Assembly: GCA_051941275.1 (NCBI GenBank)
Contig: JAVEBF010000033.1
Coordinates: 1-43,209, forward strand
DNA from: Dirinaria sp. TL-2023a
Taxonomy: Eukaryota
Reading direction: 5' to 3'
Length of the DNA stretch: 43,209 nucleotides
Shown here piece by piece: positions 1 through 11,952 of the stretch. The number at the start of each line of letters is the position of its first letter. Within the stretch, counting starts at the first letter, position 1. The notes below the pieces were generated by a model. The model was not told the origin of the DNA, made no database searches, and was given only the letters and a program-made list of their open reading frames with translations. A program made the position numbers and the translations under genes.

Positions 1-73
1 GACTATGGAGGATCTAGGCATGGCGGTGGGTGAGTATGGGGTTAATGTTAAGAGGGGGGAGTTTTATCGGTGA
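1..73 (+). CDS. TAF10: Transcription initiation factor TFIID/SAGA subunit TAF10, 3' end (partial; not in ORF track)
   Basis: The frame from nt 2 reads TMEDLGMAVGEYGVNVKRGEFYR* (TGA 71-73), matching the conserved C-terminus of fungal TAF10. Confidence 0.85.
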   Translation, partial: TMEDLGMAVGEYGVNVKRGEFYR

Positions 74-397
74 GTTGTGTATGGGGTGTTTGCACCAAGG
101 GACTTGAAATTGCATATTGTGGGGCGTTGGGATAGCTTGGGGCGGCTAAGGGGTTTAATGGTGCTGGTGAGGAGCACAGGGTTTCGTTAGGAAGGGAAAA
201 GGATTGTATATAGGATGCGATACGAAGCTTTGGGACATGACTCTGGATGTGTGCAAAAGAAGAATTCGAGACATCATAAAATCTTTAGCAATGGAAAGTT
301 TAACCACAGGTGTGACTAAACTTATTCCCGGCAAAGTCGGTCAATTGGAGTATTGCCTAGTACTTGGCCCCCAATCGGGAAAACTTTGGTCGTACGA

Positions 398-2571
398 TTA
401 TACTGACATGCCCCAGATCTCGTTCCACCTCTGTGCATCATCGCGCAAGGGTCCGCTGAGACGCCCAAAGCGCGCAGCTTTCCCCTCATTCGCTTCAGGG
501 AGGCACATCCATTCCCTCACGATATCGGGTACTTCTTCTTTGACATGGCTTACACAGATCAGGGCTTGGTCCTCCGTCATGCCGTGAATACAGACTTCTT
601 CGTCAGCTGTAGTAGTAGCTGACGGCGAACTCATAGCGACCTCACCAACAGGCAAAGGTTTGCCTGTATTGTCGTCATAATACCGGTAGAAGCGCGTCTG
701 ACCGTGTGTAAGGAACAGCATGCATTTGTCGCGGACGGCTTCGTCCATCCCGCTAAAAGCCTCGTCGAGCACGACGAGGTCGGGTTTCTTCACGACGGCG
801 CGCAGGAAGAGCGCGACTCTTTGAGACGAGAATGGGAGATCGCGGAATCGGAGATCGTTCGCCCATTCAATGCTGCGATGCGAACCGATGTTCGGCGCCA
901 TGCTGCGTGCTGCTGCACTTGGATCTCGTGCGAGTTCGGGCTCAAACCATCGCAACACAGCGTCAACCGTAGCCGTCCGCTGAGGAGTCAGCTTCGGCGT
1001 TCCGAGGAATGTATCTGCCCACGCATTCTCGACGGTGCGGCGTAGCGTGAGATGACCGGGAAAGAAGGCGTGGATCTCGGGCGACGATTGCCCGATGCGC
1101 TCTTGAATGTCGAAAATGGAGATACCTGGATGGCCAGGCTGAGGCAAGCGGCCACGACCAAACATTTTGATGGGTAGCGAGTACGCTTGAGGATGATCGG
1201 AGCAAATTAAAGATATGATGGTCGTCTTGCCAGAACCTACCGGAGTCAGAACCCGCATCTCAGCAAAATTGGTTCAGGTTCCGCCTACCATTTGGTCCAA
1301 AAATCCCCCATCGTTGACCTCGCCTCACTGTCCAGATTAGGCCTGGGCGGCGCTGACCATCAAGTTCCTGAACCCAGCCACCCAAAACCTGCTTATTTCC
1401 ATATCGAACTTGGACTTCATTCATCTCTATTAGCGGTTCGCCCAAGGGAATTTGCTCGGGGTCCCGTATCTGGAGCGAGCTTTCATGTAATTCCTGGCTT
1501 GATCGTTTTGGCGAGCTATTGCTAAATTCTTCGGTGCCCTGAGCATCGAGATCTCGGCCCACCTCTACCTCTACAGTAGATTCTATGGGATTCTTTGATT
1601 GACTGCTCACTGCGCGATCTTTGAGTTGAGAGAGGATATCATTCTTAAAGCCTTGGTGAGCAATACGTAGACTTGGAGATAAGTAAATCAAGTGAGTGAT
1701 CCATTCGGGTATAGGGTCTTGCGGTCGCAATGAAAGTAAGAGGCGTGGAGATTTTTCTTTTGCCAGTTCGTAGAGTAGAGGAGACAGTGTTGCCATAGTC
1801 GGTGGATCGAGGCCCACTTTATATAGAAATTCAGCGAAGACATGATGGAATATATTACCAGTGCTTACTAAAAGGTTCATCTAGTAGAAGTAGTTCAGGT
1901 TTGCTCAGGATTGCTTTTGCTATCCTTGCGCGGCGAGTCTGGCCATTGCTCAGATTGCCGGTCGGCATACTGACGAGGTTCTCAAGTCTTAAGTCTCGAA
2001 TGACATGGTCCAGGTCTCTTTGATCAAAGCCTTGGCTGTCTGCTTTTTGGGCAGGATTAAGCTCCGTGTCACCTTTGAGATAGTCCAAGACCGTGAAGTC
2101 GGTCTCCTCTCTTCTGCTCTCATATCTTGCGCTCATGTAAGCGCCCCTGGTGCCGGAGTGGCCGAGATTGCTACTTTGCCCATCGAAGCCCACATACTGC
2201 ACAGCACGACTAGGAACGCGTGAATGATGATTTCTACTTTCGACGCTGGCCGAAGAAAGGTAGGGATGAGACCTTGCGTTGGGAGGGATAGAGATGTGCT
2301 GGCCGCGTAAGATTTCTAGGAACGTTGTCTTCCCAGCATTGGATGGGCCCAGAACAGCCCAGTGTTCCTCTTGAGCCGGGTACGACGGTATTGAGAACGT
2401 CAGATTGGGAAATATGGGGGGATTCGACGACTTCGTCCCCGCTGACGAGGGATGATGTCGGTAAAACGTAGCATTGTCTATGTGGACGACGGCTGGCAAT
2501 TGAGGTGGAGTGGCGGTAGTCTTCAAAGAACGCCAGGAAGCCTTGAAGGAGCGAATCGAAGATTTTCGCAT
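398..2571 (-). CDS. Soluble twin-domain ABC ATP-binding protein (ModF / yeast YDR061W-like) with a probable mitochondrial presequence
   Basis: Three exons; introns 1817-1868 (GTAAGC..AAAG) and 1237-1288 (GTAGGC..TAG). Walker A GPSNAGKTT and GPNG|SGKTT, signature LSNGQ, Walker B LLLLDEPF|MGLD and LVVLDEAFSG. No TM segments. Basic, Ser-rich N-terminus MRKSSIRSFKASWRSLK. Confidence 0.9.
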
Positions 2572-3230
2572 AGCCAGGAGAATAATGACATCCCACGACC
2601 ATCATCATGTAAGACTTACATAGTTGACTTTGAACTTGTTTGTTGTACGCTATGCCTAATATGTCACTAGATACATAGCCTAACGAAGGTGTCCACCATG
2701 AAACCGACAGAGACTCGAAGCTATTAACCGCTCTACCGCCGTTCATTTGGGGAGGACATAAGTCAACTGGTGGTTTGATGGGGTGCGGTCTAAATCACCC
2801 ATTATGCGTGAGTTCTATACTCGTACTCTCCTCAAACGCCAGAAAAATAAACAACCCGAGCGAGACGAGTGACCTGTATGCATCCTAGTTCACCATCCAC
2901 CCTCCCACCCATATCAGGTGGCAAGGTGCTTCCTGACGTGGAGAAAGGTCTCCTCGATCGTTCTGTAGCAACACTTCTTCCCGACTCTTCTGCCTCCTGT
3001 GGTACTCAGAGGCAACCATCCTACCCAGTACTCTAGGTTGATTAATCGAAGTTTAAAAATATTCACTGTAGCATTTGAAGGCTCAAGTGCAGGCATTTCT
3101 TAGCCCGGGTTTCATCTAATCAAAATTGAGGCTAGCACCTTAGTGTACCCTAAAGGAGGTAGAGGTTTTCCTGCAGCCGAGCTGCACTTAGCATCTTATA
3201 CCCCTGAGTTCACTCGTGCGCACTCCCTAC

Positions 3231-3240
3231 TATAATATAT
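3231..3240 (+). promoter_or_regulatory. Putative TATA box of the H3-like gene
   Basis: TATAATATAT about 100 nt upstream of the ATG at 3340. Confidence 0.4.
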
Positions 3241-3339
3241 TGGCTCTGCAACCCCTCCCTCGTAAAGCTTGAAAGAATCCAAGGCCAAGCGACCTCCTTT
3301 ACAATTTCTTGAATATCGTCTGTATACAATCGAGTCAGC

Positions 3340-3886
3340 ATGGTCAGTCATTATGCCTGATTCCAGCAACCATTGAACTAACGACTAACGATGTTTATAG
3401 GCACGTCCAGGACTTACGTCGCGGCAAACAGTCCCGAGAGTTCCTGCACTCAGAGGTTTGGGAAAGAGCACGGCGATCCGCAGAGAGTTCAAGAGAGTGA
3501 TCAAACCGACTCGACAGTACAAGTTTCAGCCAGGACGTGAGTGTTCGAGTACTCTTTGTTTTAATTTCATCTGTACTAAGACACCCTCAGCGGTGACTCT
3601 CAGACAGCGGATCAAACAGCATCGAAAATCCCTTGAATTGATCCCTAAAGATGCGTTTGCCATTTTGGTCCGAGAGGTCATAGAAGAGTTCGGTGGGAAG
3701 AGCATGAAAAGTATTGAAAAGCCGGCGCTGGAGGCTTTACTAGAATATGCGGAGTGTATGCTTGTGTCGCAATTTGAAAGTGTGTGGTGATTTATCTGTC
3801 CAAAATGGGTTCTACTAATCTTTGTACTAGTGACGAAGTTGGCACTCCTCTCAAAGCGGGTTGCAGCTGGTCAGCGCGGGTCCTAG
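3340..3886 (+). CDS. Divergent histone H3-like protein (about 127 aa; H3 variant or decaying paralogue)
   Basis: Exons 3340-3342, 3401-3536, 3591-3779 and 3831-3886; each intron has a GT donor, a CTAA branch site and a YAG acceptor. Protein: MARPGLTSRQTVPRVPALRGLGKSTAIRREFKRVIKPTRQYKFQPGPVTLRQRIKQHRKSLELIPKDAFAILVREVIEEFGGKSMKSIEKPALEALLEYAECMLVSQFEMTKLALLSKRVAAGQRGS. It aligns with H3 motifs MAR, YKPGTVALREI, LIRKLPFQRLVREI, ALQE..E.YLVSLFEDTNL and KRV. Confidence 0.8.
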
Positions 3887-4885
3887 ACTTTACTCATAAC
3901 CGGCAGGCAACTGGACTCATCTGTTGAATGCTGAGTCCGTTGGATAGAATTGTCAAGTAGTTATCTTAGCTAACAGCCAAGAATTCCAATAAGTTCCCGC
4001 GGCTGACTCAATGGAAGACCGTGACTTTTAGATTAGTAGAATGATTAGTACAAACCATCGAAAATGCGGGTTTGACAAGATAACTCACCAAAACCTTATC
4101 ATTTCCCACCTCACCTCATTTCAAGGAGTAGCACAGATCTTCAACTTGCACTCATGAAAACCCCAATGCAGGATCGATGAAACTGTGAAAGCAATTCGTG
4201 TCAAAAATTAATTTTGCCTGATTGCGTGAGAAATTGAAATTTGCACGTGGAAGCTCTCAAACATGCATTTAATCTCGAAATTCCTGCAAGCATTTTTTGA
4301 ATGAAAAGGAATGACTTCATGATTTTGGTCTCTAACTCCTGTACCTAGTCCCAATGAGCGCTTTGATCGACCACATTTCCTATCATGAATCGAACAAGCT
4401 TGTCTTGCTTAATAGCTATCCGCACTGAACTTGCGCACTGCTGTGACTACATTTCCAACAACTCTCTAAAGAAAAAAAAAAGAACCACTCGATTTGGCGG
4501 CCAGAGACCGCTCCAGGTGCTCATGCGATAATAGATACTATCTTGACACGTAGTGATAACCGGTTTTCTTGAATGGCTACCTCGAGGTATATTGACAATT
4601 GAAATCTCTCTCTGCACCATTTCTACACCGGCAGTCCGAACGCAGATGTTGGGGCAAGGATCCTTGCTTTCAACGACGGTCGGTTCAGAAAGCGGTGTGC
4701 TTCAAAAGGTGCGACCTGGGAGTACGTTGAGCATATCTGCAAACCCCGGCGTGCGTGGTGGATGGTTTCTCCTGTGGTGATTCGCTGTTATGTGGAGCCA
4801 TCGGTTTCCTGGAATTAGAGCTGAAGATCTTCCTGCTGAGCGAGTACTAATGTACCCTATGACTCTGGCAACGGAGAGGGATTCC

Positions 4886-6883
4886 TCAGATGTCCCATCT
4901 CGCTCCGTAAAAATCCAGATTTACGCCTTCGCGTTGTCTGAACCCTAGACAAGCCTCTTCACCTGCATCTATAAATGAGTTGGGACCGGATATGTACACC
5001 CAAGTCCGCCCAGCGTCTTTCATGAGCTTCGTAAGTTCACCTGCCAAATCCAGCCGCTTGCGTCCAGGCCCGGTCTGGAACTTTATTAATTCCAACCCAT
5101 GAGCCATAGGTTCGATAAAGGGCAGTTCAATGTCATCAGTGGCTTTAACACTCCATAGGATGATACATCGGTCCCATTGTGACTTGGTCATAGGTGTACC
5201 GGTCTCGATACTGTGCCCTTGCTCTTTGCGGGCTAGCTGGTTGAAAGCGGCGGCAATGGCTATGGCGCCGCTGATGCCTGTACCGGCTACGACGCATATG
5301 ACCGTATTATAGCGTGATGGATCCGCTGGGGAGAAATAGGGGCCTTCGAGTCGGAGGGACACGTTGACGCCTTGCTCTCCGAGAGGTGCGTAGCCTGACT
5401 CTAGCTTTGACGTACCCGGCGACAATGACTGGATGTTTGAACCTAGCTCATCCGCTAGGTTTGCAAATCGTTCCGTCCACTGTGTGCTTTGCATACGCTT
5501 CTGTTTGCCCCTGAAGGGACGCCGATACAAAGGTTGAGGAGCTCGAGAGCTATATTCGCCAGTTGGGGCTTTGCCACGTTTTCGGAAGAGGAATTGGATG
5601 AAGATCTCGTCTTCTAGCGTGGGTGACGTTTCGTTCCTTGAAGCTAAATGGGTGATTGTTGTGAATGGATGCAACTCTCGAACGGAGGAGTCTCCATGGT
5701 GGATATAAAAATGCGCTAGAGGCGAGCGGCACGAACAGCCTTTCAATCGGGCCCGGGGCAAGGGTGCGGTGACACTTGATGGAACCGTTAGCTTCTAATG
5801 TAGTCTTGCTCGCTGAAAAATTGTCATTCACCAGTACCAGCCGTTACCTAAGCTCGAAATGGTGCCTTCGAGCACCCTCCTTAGTTCGTACAATCGCATG
5901 CCCCAATCCAAAATCCACATCGCAAGGCCTGGAGCCGTGCAGTAGAGCATGGTACTTGCATGGAGACAGATGATAACGACCATTGGAATGGTCAGCAAAT
6001 GTGTGAAATAGAAGACATTGAAGTTCCCAGCGCGCATTTTGGGTATAGTGGTAATCAAGATAGCGCACATGATCAAAGCAACGGATAATCCCGTAAAGAC
6101 GAGCGATGCTCGCCAAATTCCGAGGGAAGAGGAGTTGCCAGGCCAAGTCTCCATGTAAAGGTAGGTTGGGTTCAGCACCGGTATGGTCTTTTGTAACGCG
6201 ACCGAGAGACTGTTGAAAACAGGAAGCCATGAGACATAAAGAAGCCCGTGGATAAGTACAAGAGTAAAAAGCGTATAGGCGGTCAGTATGTGATTAGTTA
6301 GTGTGGTCGAGACAGATATTTGGAAGAAAGATGCCAGGGCACTATGTCGGGAAATTGGAATCAGTACCATGCCCATCGTGATGTCACAAAGATGGCCAGT
6401 TAATGCAATTGCGGCAAGGCGGTTGCTCCCATGATGTATGCCTGCTGAAGCATTGCGATTTGTAAAGTAGTCTCTCAATCGAACCCACCAAACCCCAACG
6501 ACCACGCCATACAGTCCAATAATCCATAAGACCATCAATGACCCACCGATAGTACAATGTTTGCTTATCAATGGTAACTTTCCTTGGAATAGCAAACTCC
6601 GAAGAGCTTTTTGCAGCTCTGGGTGGAAAGCTCGCACAGCAAGAAAGGCGACTGATATCGCGAGCCACGCATACCAAATAACGACGTGCAAACGGGCTTG
6701 AAGTGGGAAAAGCCATTCACCGCATGTGCCAGCGTAACAGTGATGATCAGATCGAAAGGTCAATCCAATGGAAAGGCCAAAAGTAACCACCAAGCTTCCG
6801 GTCAGCGGCCACAGACATGTTCGAGGTGTTATCCGAGTGCCACCGCGCGGCTTGATCGGGGGTTTGAACTCGTCCAAACTCAT
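4886..6883 (-). CDS. Ferric/cupric reductase transmembrane component (FRE/NOX flavocytochrome b family)
   Basis: ATG 6883; one intron 5775-5831. Several TM helices with bis-His heme pairs (HILTAYTLFTLVLIH, HLLTIPMVVIICLH), FAD motif HPFT, EGPY, NADPH motif VVAGTGISG and YISGP. Confidence 0.88.
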
Positions 6884-8478
6884 TTTGTAGAACACGGTAT
6901 CAAGAAGCAAAATGGGAGGAGGAAACAATCTGTACACATGGTCGCAAAAAAAAAAAAAAAAAGGCCGAGCAATCGTACAAAGACATTGCCCCATAATAGA
7001 CAGAGCGGGGACGTCAAAAGCAGGCTAGTCGAACCTTCGATCGCCCTAATAGGTAAGTGTCTAACTTGACCGGGTGGAGGAACGTCCAAATGAGGTGCGG
7101 TTTTGACTTGGCCGGATGGAAGTGTCCAGATGCAGTGTCGATCTCCTCCTGCATTATATGCGACCCGAGAAGCGTTAGACATGTATGCAGCTAAATGCAA
7201 CTTCTGTATACATAACGTTAGGTATGAGGGTGCTGTCCGAGGTTTCCTTGAGAGCTGATGGAAATGTTTTATAGGATATGGCACGCATTAGATAAGACTG
7301 TAGAGGTGAAAGTAAAATTCAGTTACAGCTGTACGTCTATCTTCAATAGCTCCTTTTGGCGAGACATGTGAATTGCTAGAGGTGACGGTGCCCAGATACA
7401 ATAGGCGAATGACCAGCAATAAACAATGTAATGCATGGACGGTAGAGTTTCTGAATCGTCGATTGGATTGGCAACATTCCGAATGCTGGCAGCCGGGGTG
7501 CCACTAGCTCCCTCTAGATTGTATATCCTGACGCAGCGTTATTACACACCCTTACTAAGGTACCGATACTGATGAATTGTGAAACTCACCCCAAAGCATC
7601 TTGCTTTGAGATGTGATTGGTGCTGACTGAGGGACCTCGCTGCTTGGGAAAGCCTATAGGAGAGTTCGCTACGAGCATGGCTCTGTCAGCAACGAAGAAA
7701 ATCTCTATAGGTGATCAAAGAATGGAAAATGAGCCGCTTCTACTATCGATACTCTGGAACTTAATTGCGGTGCGCATTGAACCCACCTTGCCAGTTTTGC
7801 TGGATCTCCATGTAGATTATGCTTCCTGTGTTCAACTCTTCATCAGCGGCTACCTGGTGCAGTGGTAAGAAGTCCGTTCCATTGATACCACGCAAGTAGT
7901 CGAACTCCAAAACCCCAAATGAAGCTATAACCTGATTCACACTAGGGAGTTCGGTGAGATCATTCGAGGCTTTGCGCTACCTATGCAACTATGTCGCCGT
8001 GGCTCACAATATTACTCGTAATTGTAAGAATAGAACATAGGAGAACAATCAAACCTGTAATATTGCTGCGCGTCACCATCTAAGAACCAGCCGTTAGGCT
8101 ACGTCGATCGGTAATCAAGTTAGCAGATGAAAGGTTGTAGAAGCATCGAAGGCATTTCCTCCAGTAAACCTAGCTACACCTACCATGTGGTAAGGAAGTT
8201 AGTGTAGGTCGGTCATTTGGCATTGAAGGGTGTTACTCGTGACTCTGTGTCCGCTCGATAGTCAATTATCGATTGACTTATGCTGCATATACATTGATGA
8301 ATTCGGAATACTGTCAAAAAAATGTTTTGCAATCTTTCCCAGGTCTAGCTGTCCTACGTCTTCTGTGAGCTGACCAAAATCCATCGACGTCCTAGTCTTG
8401 AAAGACACTTTTACAGTATTTAAGGGTGGAGCCGACCACTCAACATTTGCCGAAATACCGGTGAATCTCGCTCTTCAC

Positions 8479-10941
8479 TTAGGCCTGCTCTTCGAAGAAG
8501 TTAGTGTGTCCCTCAGTGTCCTTTGTCCAGACTAAGCTCCGTCGTCCAGGTCGTGTTCTACCCCCTGTAAATTTGTGTGCTAGAGCTTTCCCAAACTTGA
8601 TTGTTTTATTCGGAATGCTTCTGACGACGAGCGTGTATCTCTTAAATTTACGAGTCCGCTTGAGGCCGTGCATTGCTCTTTCATAGTCTTCTGTGCTAAG
8701 AAAGCTTTGAGTGCAATACTCAAGCTAGCCGTTATCAGTCAGCGTCCTACTCGCATTGATTGATATGCAAATTAATGGTCGAGCAAAATACATTAGTTAC
8801 GATGAAGACAATCTTGGAGGCACAACAATTGAAATTATGAAAAGCATAGGACTAACAACAATGTAGGTCAAGCCAGCACTCATAACAACAATAGATAGGA
8901 TGGTTGCAGCGCTCCAGTAGTAATAAACGCCGCGACCACGGTATTCGTTATACGTCTCAAAGTCAATGTAGCCCTTCAGTGGCGTCAGCTTAATATTAGA
9001 ATAGCGATAATGAATACTTTACCCCTGATGTAGCCCACGTACTTCCCAAGCAGTCACATGTTTGGTAAGACCCGAAAGTCTGGGCTGCGACAATGTATAC
9101 GAACCAGCCCGTATTAAAGGCTTCAAGTGGCCTGATAAGGTAGTTCTTCATCAATCTTCTAATGTCTGCGGTAGCATACCATAAGCGCAGAGCAATGCAT
9201 GACCTTCCAGTCAGAGATCCCGGCTTCCGTTGAGCAAAAGAGTCACGTTCTGTTTTGATGCGTTCCAAAAGAGCATCGTCGCTTGAATTACCGATGTTCT
9301 CTTGCGTTAGCCACCATACAAGCAATTCGATTGCCACTACTGCTACAGTGATTGTCAGATACACTGCGTGGCCGCCGCTTCTGCACCCAAGGCCAACGGT
9401 AGGTGTGTAGTCTAGGATGAAGTGTCAGCCAGATCGGTATGCTTCGGAGAGGCTCATACATGATATGATGAACGCTCCTCCAACAGAACCACCGACCACG
9501 ACCAACGAGCTTGTAATCTGCCAGACCATACGAGGATCGAACATCTTCAACCCGTTTACATTTCTTGAGCCCACGACGATGGCGAGGCGAGCAGCAAAAC
9601 CCTCTCTGAGCCAGTCGCGCCCATAACGTGCCATGAATTTTGCCTCAATGCCGGCCAGGATTGGATGGGCTACGCCGTAATGCCAATGCTTCCTACCTTG
9701 GCCCGAAAATTCCGTGAAGAACCTCCCATTGAACACCTTATCATCAGCGAGGGGGCCACACCATGAGAAGTCTTGCGGCCCTGTGCGTGTGATTCGCATA
9801 TATTCATTTAAGATGTCTGGATCCAGCAGAGCCAAGCGAACGTCATCCACAAGACGATTAAGCTTCGTCACTATCGCGTCCGCAGACACTACATTACGAT
9901 CTACGGTGCTCGCAAGGACCATGATTGGAAGCCAGCCAGACACAAAGCCTATAGCGAGATTGTGCGCCGTTTCGTTATCGCCGATGGCACTGAATGCAAG
10001 CTGAATCGACAAAGCTAAGGCAAAGACGAACCACAAGAACGACACGAATACAGGGACTACGCCCTTCTTACGACCTTCACGAAGATCTTGAGCTAATTGT
10101 GTACGCCTCTTTACAAGATCGTTTTCGCCCTCAGCCACGGGCAAACGAAGCAGGTTGCTGAATAACGCAAGGCGGAGTAATCTCTCCGCTTCTATCGGAG
10201 GTAGGTCTGGCTTAGATGAATCTAGGAGACAGTCAGTGTATGCCACTCCTGCACAATGATAGACACAGATCAGACGACAGACGATATTTAATAAAGGCCA
10301 GCAAGTGGCAATGCCTGCCTTAAAGTATTATGCCTGCCGTAAAGTTTTCATTTACTAGACAGACAGAAAACCCAGCAACTGCATGCCAGAAGAACAATGC
10401 ATCGTAACATTGAATCACTTACATTGGTTCATAACAGAAAGAATGAATAAAGAATCGCGCATCACAGAAAATTCAGAGCCCTGGCTAGGAAGTTCTTCGT
10501 ACTTGGTGGCCATATCCACCATCAAAGCACATTTTCCGGTTACTTTGATGTTCCATAGGAGATAAGACAAACTTGCAATTGGATTTCCGACCCATCGGCT
10601 GACGAGCAAGATCGTATCCCAATTTTTGTTGCTTTCGTACGGTGCTTGCAAGAGGAGCCCGATTATTGGCAGCACCTGTTCAGCCAAAGGATTAATGCCA
10701 TGTCACATAATGTTTCGACTCCGAGTTCTACCCATGTCGTAATCGTATTACTTGAGTCTCTCCATGAATAATAATCAATGCCACTGCCACAGAGCTCCTT
10801 ACAGCCTTGAACGGTGATAAGCGCTGAACCGGCAGTTTTGGCGTCAATATCATGAACAGGACCGTGATACACGAAGCGGCTATACAGAGTCGCAGAGTGA
10901 TTAAGGAAGTCACTTGCGCAGCTTGTAAAATCAGGCCTCAT
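8479..10941 (-). CDS. Uncharacterised multi-pass membrane protein (fungal family)
   Basis: Six exons join in frame; introns 10676-10731, 10222-10422, 9412-9459, 8974-9022 and 8725-8856. Motifs GCKELCG, TTW|VLPIIGLLLQAPYESN, RWVGNPIASL, FSGQGRKHWHYGVAHPIL, YTPTVGLGCRSGG and QTFGSYQTCDC, with several hydrophobic helices. Confidence 0.85.
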
Positions 10942-11610
10942 TGCCAGATCGGAACGTACGTAAGTGGCGAATCCCTCTCGAAGCGATGTATGATTTCAGA
11001 GCAAAGGAGGAGCGGATGACATCTCAAAGGTATTATCATGGGGCCTTTGGAGCCAGTACTAGGCCTTGCGCTTGTGATTTTTGGAGCTCAGCATCGCAGA
11101 GTCGGACGTGGCGCCGATTGGTGAATTGACCGAGATGAGCTCTTGGATTTCCTTGAATGCATGAATCTTTCCTTGCATCCTGATAACCGAGTGAGATGAC
11201 GTTAATTCACGATGGAAAAGGAGGCTCCAGTTGCCACGCTGCATGCTTGTCAACGGTGGGGACTGGGAAATCCAGATCCGTACGTTGCCGTTTAGCCACA
11301 GGTTTTCGCGAGAGGCAGAGCTCGGTCTGGGAATGTGTTGGCCAATGCATCAAAGCTTTCTCTAGCCTTGCAGCGAAGCTGCATAACCTACTGGCTCGCA
11401 CACAGAGATCTATGCGCGCGATAAGCATGCTGTTTGGAAGTGCGCTTGTGCCCAATGGCCCCGCTGAATCTGCATAGAGCATCATTGTTTGATAACTTTT
11501 CATGCTTTGAGAAGTGTTGTACGGAGGTAGCGAGTCATTGCATTCTACATTGGCAATGTAAATTCATCGGCATGGATCAAGAGAAGCACCTTAAGTAAGG
11601 TAGATACGAG

Positions 11611-11952
11611 TACCCTAGGATGGTAGTTGACGCCCGTACCCAAGGGCATAGAAATTAGAAAACCACCTTATACCCAGGTCCTGGCTAGCGTTCTGCACGC
11701 CAAGTTTAGTCGTCCAGGTGAGTACGTACAGGTGGGCCTTGAAGAGCACAGCTGCATCCTAGGTAGACAGTTGGCTCGTCCGGGTGATGCTTCTGGGGTG
11801 CCCCCGGTGACTTTCCGTTGACCCAACTAACGGCACTCACCGCACTAGCCATGGATTAAGGGCCTCCGGAGTGTGCCGGCGCCCGTTAGCCCGGGTTGAG
11901 TCCTTCCAATAGCTCCCAGTGGACAGAGCAGTTGGAACGGTAAGCTCAGCCG
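11611..11952 (+). ncRNA. Candidate structured ncRNA core (class unassigned; may extend about 11050-12275)
   Basis: Nested helices: CCTAGGATG(G)TAGTTG 11614-29 / CAGCTGCATCCTAGG 11749-63; CCACCT/AGGTGG; CCTGG/CCAGG; CCGGGTGATG 11780-89 / CGTTAGCCCGG 11884-94; TTCTGGGG(T)GCCC 11791-803 / GGGCCTCCGGAG 11860-71; CGGTGA..CCGTTG / TAACGG..TCACCG; and a long hairpin at 11895-11950. Wobbles are G-U on the + strand. No credible ORF. Confidence 0.5.

Noticed and set aside
2914..3096. Minus-strand ORF divergent from the H3-like gene with a faint H4-like stretch (RRVGKK..IEET)
   Set aside because: Only a few residues match and no other H4 motif (ITKPAIRRLA, KRKTV, LYGFGG) is present. Probably chance, although the H3-H4-like arrangement merits an HMM check.
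7617..7868. 83-aa + strand ORF in the FRE upstream spacer
   Set aside because: Non-ATG start, no motifs and no consistent splice model.
11059..11503. Short ORFs on both strands upstream of the membrane-protein gene
   Set aside because: No recognisable motifs; the region is better explained as structured or regulatory sequence.
11580..11820. Minus-strand GAAAGTCACC / GGTGCTT pair resembling the RNase MRP P4 pseudoknot
   Set aside because: G-U pair bias places the structure on the + strand, and other MRP conserved regions were not found.
11905..11935. tRNA D-arm-like or SRP helix-8-like TAGCTC..GAGCAG
   Set aside because: No T-arm or acceptor stem, no GNRA loop and no SRP Alu motif; it is part of the larger hairpin.
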